Part shown: in pieces, positions 42,397 through 57,700 of the stretch
Numbering within the stretch: the first letter of the stretch is position 1
Layout of the letters: each line of letters starts with the position of its first letter
DNA from: the human T2T-CHM13v2.0 reference genome, Homo sapiens
Length of the DNA: 64,000 nucleotides
Direction: 5' to 3'
NCBI GenBank assembly: GCA_009914755.4
Contig: CP068257.2
Location: 25,152,001 to 25,216,000, forward strand
The notes under the pieces: generated by a model
Told to the model about the DNA's origin: nothing
The model's input: the letters and a program-made list of their open reading frames with translations, nothing else
Databases searched by the model: none
Made by a program: the position numbers and the translations under genes

Positions 42397-42515
42397 TCTA
42401 GTAACATATATTGTATAAATACTCTATTTTATATGCACTTCCACAAAAGCGATATAATTTAAAAGTTTTTTTCATTAGAAATAAATGTATAAAAATAAAT
42501 ATGTTATTATAGGCA

Positions 42516-42521
42516 TTTATT
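42516..42521 (-). terminator. ADAMTS1: Poly(A) signal AATAAA (proximal alternative)
   Basis: Plus tttatt at 42516-42521 is minus gtaataaatgcc, with a U-rich downstream region. Confidence 0.4.
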
Positions 42522-43667
42522 ACTAACTATAGTCCTTCTTGGAAGGAACACCCAAACCAATACTTATAAAGTACATGTAATTTATAGTAACATATTTTAC
42601 TATATACATATGGAAAAAATCATATTCTCACAGAAGAGCTGAACAGACATTCACCAGGATACGACTGTTGGACCAGCTGCTGGAGATGGACCTGCTACCC
42701 CTCAGCAGCCTCCCCACCACAAGACAAGTGATCTCAATGTCCCCAAACCTGTGGGACCCTGTTCTACACACCTCATTTTTGTTCCGGCGTTTCATCCTCC
42801 TTGTGTGATTGTACTGATTTTCATGAGACACAAGTTACTTCTTTACATCCATATTCCCAAAGCAGGGTTACATGGTAGGAAAGAAAGGAAGTTGGAGGTA
42901 CTAAGCTCATTGTGTCTCCTCTAGCTTTTACCAGCATCTAATGCTTCACTGCTTTTTTTCCATTGTAGACTTTAATGCACTTGAATAAATACATGGAGTT
43001 GTTTTTTCCTCAAAATGAATTACACAAATAAAGACTGAGATGGTCCAAAAAAGGAAAGAGGAAGCCATTTGCGTTATTTCACGTTGCTGAGCCTTTCTCT
43101 CATGTTGAACAATCTGAAGTTTTAATTCTCGGTAGAAATAATGTATAAACATTCTCTGAAACCATAGCAGCCATAAACAGTGCTGGTCAAAGATCCTATT
43201 TGTACTCCTTTCTCCCCCCATTGTTAGTGAGGTAAAGTAAAACAGGTCTTAGTAAAATCTCACTTTTCTCCTACTTTTCATTTCCCAACCCCCATGATAC
43301 TAAGTATTTGATAAGTACCAGGAAACAGGGGTTGTAATAGTTCTAACTTTTTTTGACAATTGCTTTGTTTTTTCTAAACTTGTAATAGATGTAACAAAAG
43401 AAATAATAATAATAATGCCCGGGGCTTTATTATGCTATATCACTGCTCAGAGGTTAATAATCCTCACTAACTATCCTATCAAATTTGCAACTGGCAGTTT
43501 ACTCTGATGATTCAACTCCTTTTCTATCTACCCCCATAATCCCACCTTACTGATACACCTCACTGGTTACTGGCAAGATACGCTGGATCCCTCCAGCCTT
43601 CTTGCTTTCCCTGCACCAGCCCTTCCTCACTTTGCCTTGCCCTCAAAGCTAACACCACTTAAACCAC

Positions 43668-44408
<741 letters not shown>

Positions 44409-44527
44409 CTAATTAGATTATTTAGCCTAAAAACACATTAATCTTTTATGAGACATATTTTTTTCCCAGACCTGTTGAAAGGCCCATTTAAATTATAAGG
44501 TCTGCAAATAGGTGTTTTAAAACTTAC

Positions 44528-44703
44528 TTTGCACTAGTAACTGATCCTGATATTTTTTTACAAGTAGATCCATTTCCCCCGCAAACACCACATTTATCAA
44601 ACTTCTTTTTGGAGTCTATGATGCGATCACAACCAGCTTTTACACACTGTCCTTGCACACAGACAGAGGTGGAATCTGGGCTACATGGAGTACCATCTAC
44701 AAC
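44528..44703 (-). CDS. ADAMTS1: ADAMTS1 exon 8 ([10 protein letters not shown] ... [15 protein letters not shown])
   Basis: Acceptor ttttttcag|GTTGTAGAT. Donor GCAAA|gtaagtt (gt at 44527..44526). 176 nt. Confidence 0.92.
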
Positions 44704-45648
44704 CTGAAAAAAGGACACATGTCTAGTGTTACATACAAGCAAAGGAAGGAGATGCTGCAATGATAAGTGTAAACATTTTCTCTCTACTTTCCTGACCATG
44801 CTAATTAAACACAGTACCCTCTACACATTATGCATTTCATGCATTTACCCTTCACTTTGGCATGTTTTTCAGTACTACGTATAGACATCTGAAGAAATTA
44901 GATATTTTTAAAAATTATTTATCTATTGACCTATGTCTCCTCCAGCTAAGGTCAATGAAAGTAGAGCTGTTTGTCACTTTGTTTACTGCTGTATCTTCAG
45001 AGCCTAGAATAATTAGTATCTGGCAAGAGTAAGTGCTTCAGAAATCACTTGCTGAATATTGAATCTGCAACTTGGGAATATTTTCATAGCCTATGGTGCT
45101 AATGACACACGATCATCTCAATCACATTAAATTCCATTTTCTGTCTCAGATCCAGATGTATTCCCTTAGCAAAACAGCAAAAGAAATGATGCTTTTCCTA
45201 GTTCAATATGTGTTTTCAAACATAAAAATAATCAATACTCAGACTACCACTTCTATTATTCTGTTTGCACCTGCTACTGCTAGTTACCCAGTAACAAGTA
45301 TTTTGGACCATGCATAGACTATTTTCCAAAACTACTGGTTACTGTGTGAATATAAAATGTATCTAACTATGAGCTGTATGTGAAGCCTAGTCGCACAGAG
45401 GAGCGCTTGACTGTCCAAAAAGCTTTTCTTTGCATATAAAAGAGTAATAGCGAGCAATTGCAAGCATGTGAAGTGTTAGATTTAAGCTTCATTCATAACT
45501 GAAAACACTAAACTCAAAGCAGGCAGTTGCCAATTAATGTAAAAGAAAAGGAGTTCAAATTTGAAATTGAAGATATGTTAATATGGAAAGCAAAGAAAGT
45601 ATAACAAAAATTGTTTGAAAAGGTAGCAAGCCCAGGCCTTGATTTTTA

Positions 45649-46150
<502 letters not shown>

Positions 46151-46319
46151 CTAAATGGAGACATAAATCATCAGCATTAGAATTATCTAAAGAGAACTTT
46201 TAGGGTATCAAAGAAAGCCACATGGGACAAAGAATCAGTTCTAAAAATAAGCTATCTCGCATTCCTGCTAGAGGACACGGATGGGGATGTTTAACTTGGT
46301 ATCATATCTTTTACCATCA

Positions 46320-46820
<501 letters not shown>

Positions 46821-47030
46821 TTATCCTCAATGGGGTATTTCTATATTAACAATGACAGGAAGTTATTGATCTGCGAACAATGTGAATGAATGGGCTTTGG
46901 GAGCTACTCAACCGGAAGCACTATTTTTTATTTGGAATTAAGATCTCAACAGTTAGGATCTTGACAGAGGAAAAGTAATTTTGAAGTGGGGAAAATAAAA
47001 AGAACAAAAAGGAAAGAGTTCATTTAACTA

Positions 47031-47636
<606 letters not shown>

Positions 47637-47929
47637 TCATTTGTCCCAAAATAACATTTCTAGAGAAAGAAATATATTTAGGAGATTGGCTCTTTTGCAG
47701 ACCATGTCTACTTTTCACAGGGTGTAAACAAACATACACATTTCCAAATGTCCAGAGCTACTACTATCTTATTTTTTACTTTAATAAAAATGACCATGTT
47801 TGAAATAGTGACAAAATATTTTCTATAGTTTCTAAGATGCACTAGGACCTAAAATAGCAATATAACCTACAGACTCTCCTTCTTATATTGTTTTACCAGT
47901 TTACATTTCTGAATTGAGCTTAACTTCTA

Positions 47930-48079
<150 letters not shown>

Positions 48080-48403
48080 CTACAAAAAGCAAAGGTAAAT
48101 ACTTATTAATAAGGGGAGCATGACCCTTGGGATCTAACTTTTTTGGCAGGGTGTGCCTTCACATATGCTTTGGAGCATCTACATTCATTATTGTTGACAT
48201 AAGAAGACTTCATGTGACTTTAATCAAGCTTTTTTCTAATGCTTTTAAAATAGAACTGTGAAACTTGAGATATTTAAATTACAGTAGAAATGAGTAAGAT
48301 AAACCATGCTAGCCAATTAAAAAAGGTTAACTGCAAAAACACTGGTGAAATGCCTTGTATATATCTTTTTGGTACAACGTAGACTCCTAAGAGGACAGTC
48401 TCA

Positions 48404-48823
<420 letters not shown>

Positions 48824-50214
48824 TTACCTTCCTAGCATATATTAGGAAAGCCTAACCAGTCAAAGCAAACAAAGCAAAAATATACCCAGAACAACAATAA
48901 CAAAAATATTTGCATATCTTCACTCCAAGTGTTATTTTTAAAGTTCTCTCCTCTCCTTTAAATAAAAAGACCACGCGCTCCTTTGCATGGTCAGGATCTT
49001 TCTGTGTGTGAGCAGGATTTCTTCTGTTCTCTTTGAAATCCCACAGTCTGAACAAGGCAATTTCGCACATAATCCTACCCAATTGTAGTAAAATCTTGGA
49101 GCAAGAGTGGCAGGCAGAGGCCCTGAGTCACTCTTTCACAGGCGAGGGCTCAAATCCTGAATGAGATCATCAGGCTCCACGTGGAAGGCCTCGGGTAGGG
49201 CCTGGGCTGCTGCCAAGGGGCCGGGCCTTAAGGAATCTCAGACTGCACAGCTCTGCTGTCTCATTCCAGGGGTCCCTGGGGTGCTCCGCTCTTGCCAATT
49301 CCGGGCACAAGGACCACCCACTCTGCCCAGCAGCCTCTGGCCCCACTCCCACTGCCCCAGCGAAATAAGTTCCAGCTTCCAGGCATGACTGATTATTTGG
49401 AACAGAGCCTTCCACTCCGGACTGAGACCCAACCCCTGCAGAAAGTCCTAAACTGGGCTGCGACCACTTTGCTCCCAGGAGCAGAGGAGCAGGGGAAAAG
49501 GGGAGAATTCTTTAAAAAATGACACGCGAGAGAGTTAAAGAAGGAAAAAGGCACCAAAGTGATGAAACAAAAAGAACTGGAGAATAAGCACTGCACACAA
49601 GAGAGAAGGCGTAGCAGGAAGGACCGGCAGTGACTTTCAACAGTGCTTGAGAGCAGAATTATGGCCGCGAGAGGGAGTGCAAACTGGGAGGCGGGGCAAA
49701 CCCGGGAAAGACCTCCCAAGCAGGTTCTGCGAAGGGGCCCCACCGCCTTCAGCCCGCCCGGGTCAGCCTTATAAGGGGGAAAGGGGACAGAAGTCTGCAG
49801 AACAGAGATACTAGCGTAGCCGCTCAGGGTGCCTTCCTAGGTCACCATTGCTCCTCTGCCCTCTCCACATCCGCCCTCCCGTGAGCGCAGGATGCACGCA
49901 CAGGCAGCGGTTACAAAACTCAGCGCAACGTTGCAACCCGCACAAAAGGCGCACACAAAATCATTAAAAAGAAATACACAGAGTGGAAAGAACTCGCACA
50001 AGCTCCAACTCCCTAAAGGTGGAAGGAGTCAGGTTACAAACTCTCCCTCCCCGGCCTAAATGCTTTGCTTCAGTTTGCAGAAAATCGTTTGTCAGTTTTT
50101 TTCTTGGTTATTCATTATTCGGGCAAATGCAAGTATGTTTTCTAGCTGAGTTCACCAATCCAAACCTCAAACCACATTCCTCCACTCCAGGCCTCCGTTC
50201 TGTCCGCGGACTTA

Positions 50215-51500
<1,286 letters not shown>

Positions 51501-51523
51501 AAGAACCGGGCAGCCGAGCGGTC

Positions 51524-51531
51524 CTTTTATA
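51524..51531 (-). promoter_or_regulatory. ADAMTS1: TATA box TATAAAAG of the ADAMTS1 core promoter
   Basis: Plus cttttata at 51524-51531 is minus cacTATAAAAGg. It lies about 480 nt 5' of the ATG inside the CpG island. Confidence 0.7.
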
Positions 51532-51545
51532 GTGGACCAGTGAAA

Positions 51546-51571
51546 CCCCCACCCCCACCCCACTCCTCCCC
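51546..51571 (-). promoter_or_regulatory. ADAMTS1: G-quadruplex-forming motif (G4 N G4 N G5 N G5) on the gene sense strand, 15-47 bp upstream of the TATA box
   Basis: Plus cccccacccccaccccactcctcccc. Minus ggggaggagtggggtgggggtggggg. Confidence 0.6.
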
Positions 51572-51597
51572 TTTGGCCCTTTTCCATCCCAAAGACG

Positions 51598-51605
51598 CCG
51601 CCCCC
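51598..51605 (-). promoter_or_regulatory. ADAMTS1: GC box / Sp1-like site (GGGGGCGG)
   Basis: Plus ccgccccc. Additional G-rich gcgggctcgggagggggaggggg at 51638-51660 (plus), which also fits a G4 pattern. Confidence 0.5.
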
Positions 51606-54600
51606 GGCTCCGTTGGTGCTAAACCGCGCTCCGCGCTGCGGGCTCGGGAGGGGGAGGGGGCAGCCTCCGCGCTGGCTCCACGCCACTGCTCGTCAATCTA
51701 GGGGCGGAAGGGGCGCTGTGACCAGCACTTTGTACTGCTGGGGCCGCTCCAGGGAGAAGACTCTCCCTTCCACCGCTTTTCTCCCTCGCCGGTTTCCTGG
51801 ACCACCCTTCCTCCCCACCGCCCGGTTGCGGTAACTCAGTTACCGCGCTGGGCTGCGGTTCCCAGGAGGGAGGGTTCGATTGGAGAACGCAGTCCCTTCT
51901 TCAACATTTCCCTATCCTGGAGCTGCCCTGGGTCTCCTTCCCTCCTCCCTCAGTTCCCTCTTCCCCAATCTAGGAGATGAGCTAGGGCTACACTTTCTAG
52001 AAAAATACCTCACCCCACTTCTCCACCTTCCCAGCCTGCCAGGAGCTCCTTAGCCGCCGCCTGCTCTCTCTTCGCCCCAGCTTTTCTAGGGAAAGCTTGG
52101 CCCTGCGCTTCCCCCAGAAAGCATGCCTGGGTGAGGGGCCAGGTGACACTTCTTACGATCTGGATTTTAAAATATGTTTGCTTATGCCTTCACCCTCCAC
52201 CAACCCCCACCCCGCACGCCACCTCTTCCCCAGAGACGACTTTGTGAGGGCCCGGTTTCACATTTCTGGAATGGGTGATCTGGGACGCGGCTCAATTCCC
52301 TAGAGCATAAGGAGGGAATTGCGCTTTTTCTTCTTCATTCGAGAAATGATCGGCTCCCGCCAGTCTGCGTGCTTTCACTCAACAGCAGCTGCAAGCCCTA
52401 GGCCAGCGTCGCAGAAACGGCCAGGAACCCCACTTTCCTACCCGGGGGCCAGCAGCGATCGCTGGGGCTAGCAAGCGTGCAGAGGGGGAAAGAAGGAAAT
52501 CGGCTTCCTTCCCGGACCCCTCCTTCCTCTTCCTACCAGGAAGGGAAAAGGCTATATCCGCGTTACGAAAGCGAGGAGAGGTCCACCAACAGGTCCTTAG
52601 GAAAAAAAACTGAGTGGCTCTTCTCTCCAAAAAGTGGGAGGGGCTCAAGGACCCAGAGGAAGGACGTGTTTCACAGGCGGAAAGCCGCGGGGACAATGGC
52701 GAGAGCGACCGCCCTAGCCCCGGGCGGACCCGCAACCCTCACACTCGCGCGCCCCCGCGTTAGTGCTCGAACTGGTCTCCGCCTTTCCGCCCCACTCCCG
52801 TCCGGTCTCTTGGTTGGCTCCAAGTAGATCTGGGTCCTTTCCTCGCTCCTCCCCAGATCTTCCCCACTTCAGTTGGCCCCAGCCAGAAGCGTCCCTTCTA
52901 GTTCTCCCACACGTCCCTCTTACAAGCTTTCTTTTCCGGATGCTTTCCAACTTCTTTTTTCCTAGCGAGATTGCTTACTTGAAAAACAAAAACAAAAACA
53001 TTGCTTTCCACTCATCAGGAAAAATCAAATGAGCAAGAATGGCAGAGAGAAGCAACTCAGCTTACTTCTGAAGGGCTTGGTAACGACCTCTAGTCCCTAC
53101 ACATTTAGGAGTGGGTGGTTTCGTAGATTTAATTTTGGTTTCCTAAAATCACCCTCATCGTTGAACGTTGAATAATCAACCAAGGCCTTAGATATATTTT
53201 GACAGCGCTCGATTAACATTCTGATAGTGTTTCTGCCTACCTCTTTTCACTGAGTCTCTCCTTTGCAGCCCTCGCTGTCTCTCCCCCCCTCCCGCCGTTG
53301 CATTTCTCCTTCAAACTCAACATTGACATCCGCACACCTGAGTGTGTGATTCCTTTCTGCATTGTCAAGCATTGTCCAGCCTACCTCCTTCTCTTCGACT
53401 TCGAACTACGAGGATTATTCCTTCCTGTTTCTCTGTTTCCCAAGCGTCTTTTCCCAAACATCTGATCATTCCTACTTCCCAGTTTGGTTTTCAGACTTTT
53501 TTTTTTTAACATTGTTATCTTCTATTACAGTAATTTTTTGACGGTCCATTTTCTATGATTTCATTTCATTTTACTGGTTCTTTCTAGCTAGAAAAAAGGC
53601 AAGATACTTGAGAGAACATATGAGGAAAGTCATGTTAGACTTTCAAGATATTGACCGCGGGATCACAAAAGCTTGAAGGCAAAGCCATCCGTACATTTTC
53701 AACCTCTTGCTTAGAAAAGGGCTCAGAAGATAATATATGGTGACAACAGTTACAGCCTCAGAGTGGCTTTGAGATGGAGATTTGAGATGGAGATTTTGGA
53801 CACTCATAATCTCCATCTCAAGGAGAGGTGGCCCAGAGGCTGAATGAAGATGAGTGAAGGTAGATGTGATTCCCTTAAATTGGGGCAAAAAGGGACAAAA
53901 ACAGCAGAAAATCTGTATCTTTAAAGACATATGTAATGTATTTCAGTCTATCAACTTCTCTACATAAACTTTAGCTTTTAAAAATATGTTAACGTAAGTT
54001 TGACCTTTAGTGTGTTTCTACCTGCAGGGTATTCTTATTGGAGGTTTGTTTAAAAGCATACATTTCTGATCTTGAATGGGTTACTACAAATCCATTATAA
54101 TTGTTTCATATTTCATGTTGCAGATACAAGTAGGGTTGAAAAAACAGTGAGTTAAAGGCAAAAGGATGGCCGGGAACATGGCTTTTTTATTCTCTGGGTT
54201 TCTATCCAGATTTCTGTTCTTTTGCATAATGACTCCAATCTGTTGTGCACCTGTAGTTCTGGGAAATGATTCTTTTTTAATCGCTTCAACAGAGACATGG
54301 ATGTTGGAGTTGCCAACTACTAAGCTGAAAAACTCCATCTATGCTCAGAAGAACATTTAATCCACTTACTTTTTCTCTTTTATTTAAAGATTAGCACTCA
54401 TCAGGCATTTGTGGTAATATGCAAATATATACATAGGACATATATGTATATTTATAAGCAAAATGTGAATTGGAAAAACATTTGAATGTAGAAACAAGAC
54501 CACAGGAGTAAATTTGTACAAGGCACTAGTAAAAGTGACATGTAATATGGGGTTCTTGTAGTGAGTTTCATAATCCAATTTTTGCTCCTTGATTTGAATG

Positions 54601-55123
54601 GGCACCCAAAATAACACATGCTATCCTAATCCCTACTCCCCATATTTTGGGTTTTATTTTTATAGAATACATATGGGCTTATATAAACATTAATCTCAAC
54701 ATGTTCTAATTTACATATGTAAGCTAATTTTTATTTCTAGAGATAACAGAACAAAACTCAAAACATTTGACATAAAATTATTGGAACAATTAACAGTTTG
54801 ACCTATTAAACACATTATTGTCCTCTATGAACAGAGGGACTGTCTGAAAAAAAGAACAAGTTGTCTGCATTTTAAAGTGAGAGATAAGCATCAAGGTGTC
54901 AATTTCTATTTACACCTTATGTGTTCTTATTTGTTTCACTGATTCATATGTTATAGACACAATATTCTATTCACAATTTTCACGACGTCTATACCAAAGT
55001 AAGTATTCAACAAGTAGCCATGAAATGAGGAAATCTGGTAATATACATGAGCTATTAGAATTGTTTTAATGTAAACATTGTCTAGAGAAACAACTAATGT
55101 GCATATTTCATAACCGGGAAATG

Positions 55124-55124
<1 letters not shown>

Positions 55125-55160
<36 letters not shown>

Positions 55161-55440
55161 AGACGGAGTCTCGCTGTCGCCCAGGCTGGAGTGCAGTGGC
55201 GCAATCTCGGCTCACTGCAGGCTCCGCCCCCTGGGGTTCACGCCATTCTCCTGCCTCAGCCTCCCGAGTAGCTGGGACTACAGGCGCCCGCCACCTCGCC
55301 CGGCTAATTTTTTGTATTTTTAGTAGAGACGGGGTTTCACCGTGTTAGCCAGGATGGTCTCGATCTCCTGACCTCGTGATCCGCCCGCCTCGGCCTCCCA
55401 AAGTGCTGGGATTACAGGCGTGAGCCACCGCGCCCGGCCC
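55125..55440 (-). mobile_element. Young AluY SINE, antisense, with 15-bp target-site duplication and about 30-nt pure poly-T
   Basis: Target-site duplication cgggaaatgcttttt at 55111-55125 and 55441-55455. T-run 55125-55159. Body is gagacggagtctcgctgtcgcccaggctggagtgcagtggcgcaatctcggctcactgcag ... ggcctcccaaagtgctgggattacaggcgtgagccaccgcgcccggcc with most CpGs intact. Confidence 0.92.
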
Positions 55441-56086
55441 GGGAAATGCTTTTTATTCACATTTTAGTACCATAAGATTGACTAATTAGAAATAGGGAAG
55501 CTGTTTGGTATTAGTCCTACTTTTGGGAACATATGGTCTAAAGTAATATTGGACAAATGGATATTTTAATTGATCACAAATGAGAAAGTAGTTAGAAAAC
55601 TTCTAGTTTAAACAGGTTATATACCCAGAAGTATTGCAAATATTGGAGACAGAAAAATTATTGTAGCTTGCATTTAGACTCAAAATTGATATTCCCTCCA
55701 CATCATGCCCTCACAGAACTCAGAGGAGTATGATCTGCCAGATCGACTCCCTTTGTGTAACTGATGCAGAAATGAGACTCAAAAGGGTTAAGTAGTTTTC
55801 CCAAGATGTCATAGCGAGAGTCAAACTGGGGGCTTAGAAATGACTCTGACTCATAACTTTTAATCAACTGTTTTGACATTTTAACCTATCTAATTGTGTA
55901 GGAGGTAATTATATTGTCAGACTTTGGAATGATGTTGTTTCCAGTAAAGTTTTGTTTTAATTATAAATAGGAATTTTCCAGCAATAAAAAATTTCCACCT
56001 TAAAAGATTCTCAGACTTTAGTACATCTTTCTCCAAACACAAGGTGGCGATGGTCTACAACAAATGATGTGCGACTTGGTGTTTTT

Positions 56087-56108
56087 TTTTTTTTTTTGTT
56101 CTTTCCTT
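56087..56108. repeat. poly(T) run (about 20 nt)
   Basis: ggtg + T20 + gttctttcc. Confidence 0.9.
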
Positions 56109-57469
56109 TCCTTTTTTATTCTTAATAGTTCAAGTTAAGAATTTGCAAAAGTTTCACATCTTCTCAATCATGTTTAATAAATTCTAATTAAATATTCTCC
56201 TACCTCCTAGTATTATGGAAAATATTTTAAAAATATTACAATGTTAAATGAATTTATTCTTGAGGGCATAATAAAATGCGTTTTTAAATCAACTACTTTT
56301 TAATTATGTGTTTGTATTACCATAAACAAAAATCCAATTAAACTTTAAAGAAAGAAAACTGCCTCTGACAAAATAATACTGTGGACCGCTTTTATTCATT
56401 ACATTTGAGAACTTCTTGTCATTCAAATGAAAAGATTAAGTACATTTGCAATCCACTAAAACAGATTAAAAACTCATTCATTTATTCAATAGATATTAAG
56501 TACATACAGTATGTTTAGTATACATTAATACTTGACAATCAATACTGGTTAACTGGTTTCCCTGGTTTAGAAATTTTCCTTAGCAACAACGTAAGGCTTA
56601 AAATGAAAAAAGAAAAGTGAGAAAATGTTCTACCACCAGGTGGTGACAAAAGATAAAATTTAAAATCGCTCTTAATGAGCACATACTTCATGTAATTCTT
56701 GAATACTGCAAATATAAGTGACTTCCGAATGTCATGTGAATTTAAAATCATATTCTAGGAATATTTTATTAATTAAAGCAAATTAATATTAACATATTAT
56801 CTCTAGTTTAATAAGTGCTGGAATTGGAAGTGGACAGTTTTAGTCAGCAGGCGGCACTTGAGACCATGGAATAAGATATTTTAAACTATTTCACTACTGC
56901 TTTTTTTCCCCACCCGGCTTATAATTATTGATTGGCTGATTGAGATAGGAGCTGGTCACCTCCCTACACTTCCACTAGCAGGGATTTAATCAGAGGCTGA
57001 AAATCAATTGTCCTTTGAAAGTGATTTTTGCTAAAGATCAAGAGCAATATTTGGTTATATCTCAGCCTCTATCCTACAATATTTATCATTTTATAATGCT
57101 CTTTTGTGTAAGATACAATAAATCTTATTAATAACCAAAAACTGAATTATGAATTATTGCAATTCATTGGCCATCTACTTGGGCAATTACAACGGTTAGT
57201 AGCTCAGAAGCACTGATATTTGAGCACTGTATCTTCAGATTCCGAGGCCTGGGTTAGGATGCTTGCTGCTGGAAACACTGGCTGGAAAGCTTTCTTGTTC
57301 CATGTGGCTCTCAGGTCACCCTGAGAACTGGACACACTCGTAATTGGTTGATGGTAGGCTTGTATATTCATGAAATGTTGATTGGAAAGGCCTAGACAAT
57401 CTCTCTAAATACATAATTGGACAAGATTGTTGAAAGGATTAGAGTTGGACACTATTCTAAAGTGGCACA

Positions 57470-57700
57470 ATGTCTAAGCATAGAGGCTGGGGGTCTTCCT
57501 GTTCCCTGCACTTAATACCCTGGGAGCTAGTGGTGGAGAGCCACGTAATCCACATTTGAATTCTGGCATTCTGACTGCTGCATCCTTACTTTGTGGCTTC
57601 AGGGAAGCCATGGATCATCCCTGAGCCTCAGCCTCCTCATATGTAAAATGGAGATGACAACAATCCTGACTTGAAGGATAATGCACCATTGTATTTGCTT
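57470..57700 (+). mobile_element. MIR-like SINE fragment
   Basis: ctgagcctcagcctcctcatatgtaaaatggagatgacaacaatcc resembles the MIR core (tcagtttcctcatctgtaaaatgggg). Confidence 0.45.

Larger units (their letters stand above)
42372..43667 (-). other. ADAMTS1: ADAMTS1 3' UTR (about 1.3 kb, AU-rich); distal end inferred from poly(A) signals
   Basis: Follows stop TAA at 43670..43668. Minus-strand AATAAA at 42396..42391 is followed by a GU-rich element (tgtgtgtgtctgtttttt). A second AATAAA lies at 42521..42516. Multiple AUUUA pentamers on the minus strand. Confidence 0.5.

Noticed and set aside
49161-49743. ORFs inside ADAMTS1 intron 1 (49161..49388 +, 49170..49415 -, 49393..49743 -)
   Set aside because: No splice-compatible continuity with the flanking exons, no homology, and a GC-rich intronic location. 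They are not part of the 2904-nt CDS, which is already complete.
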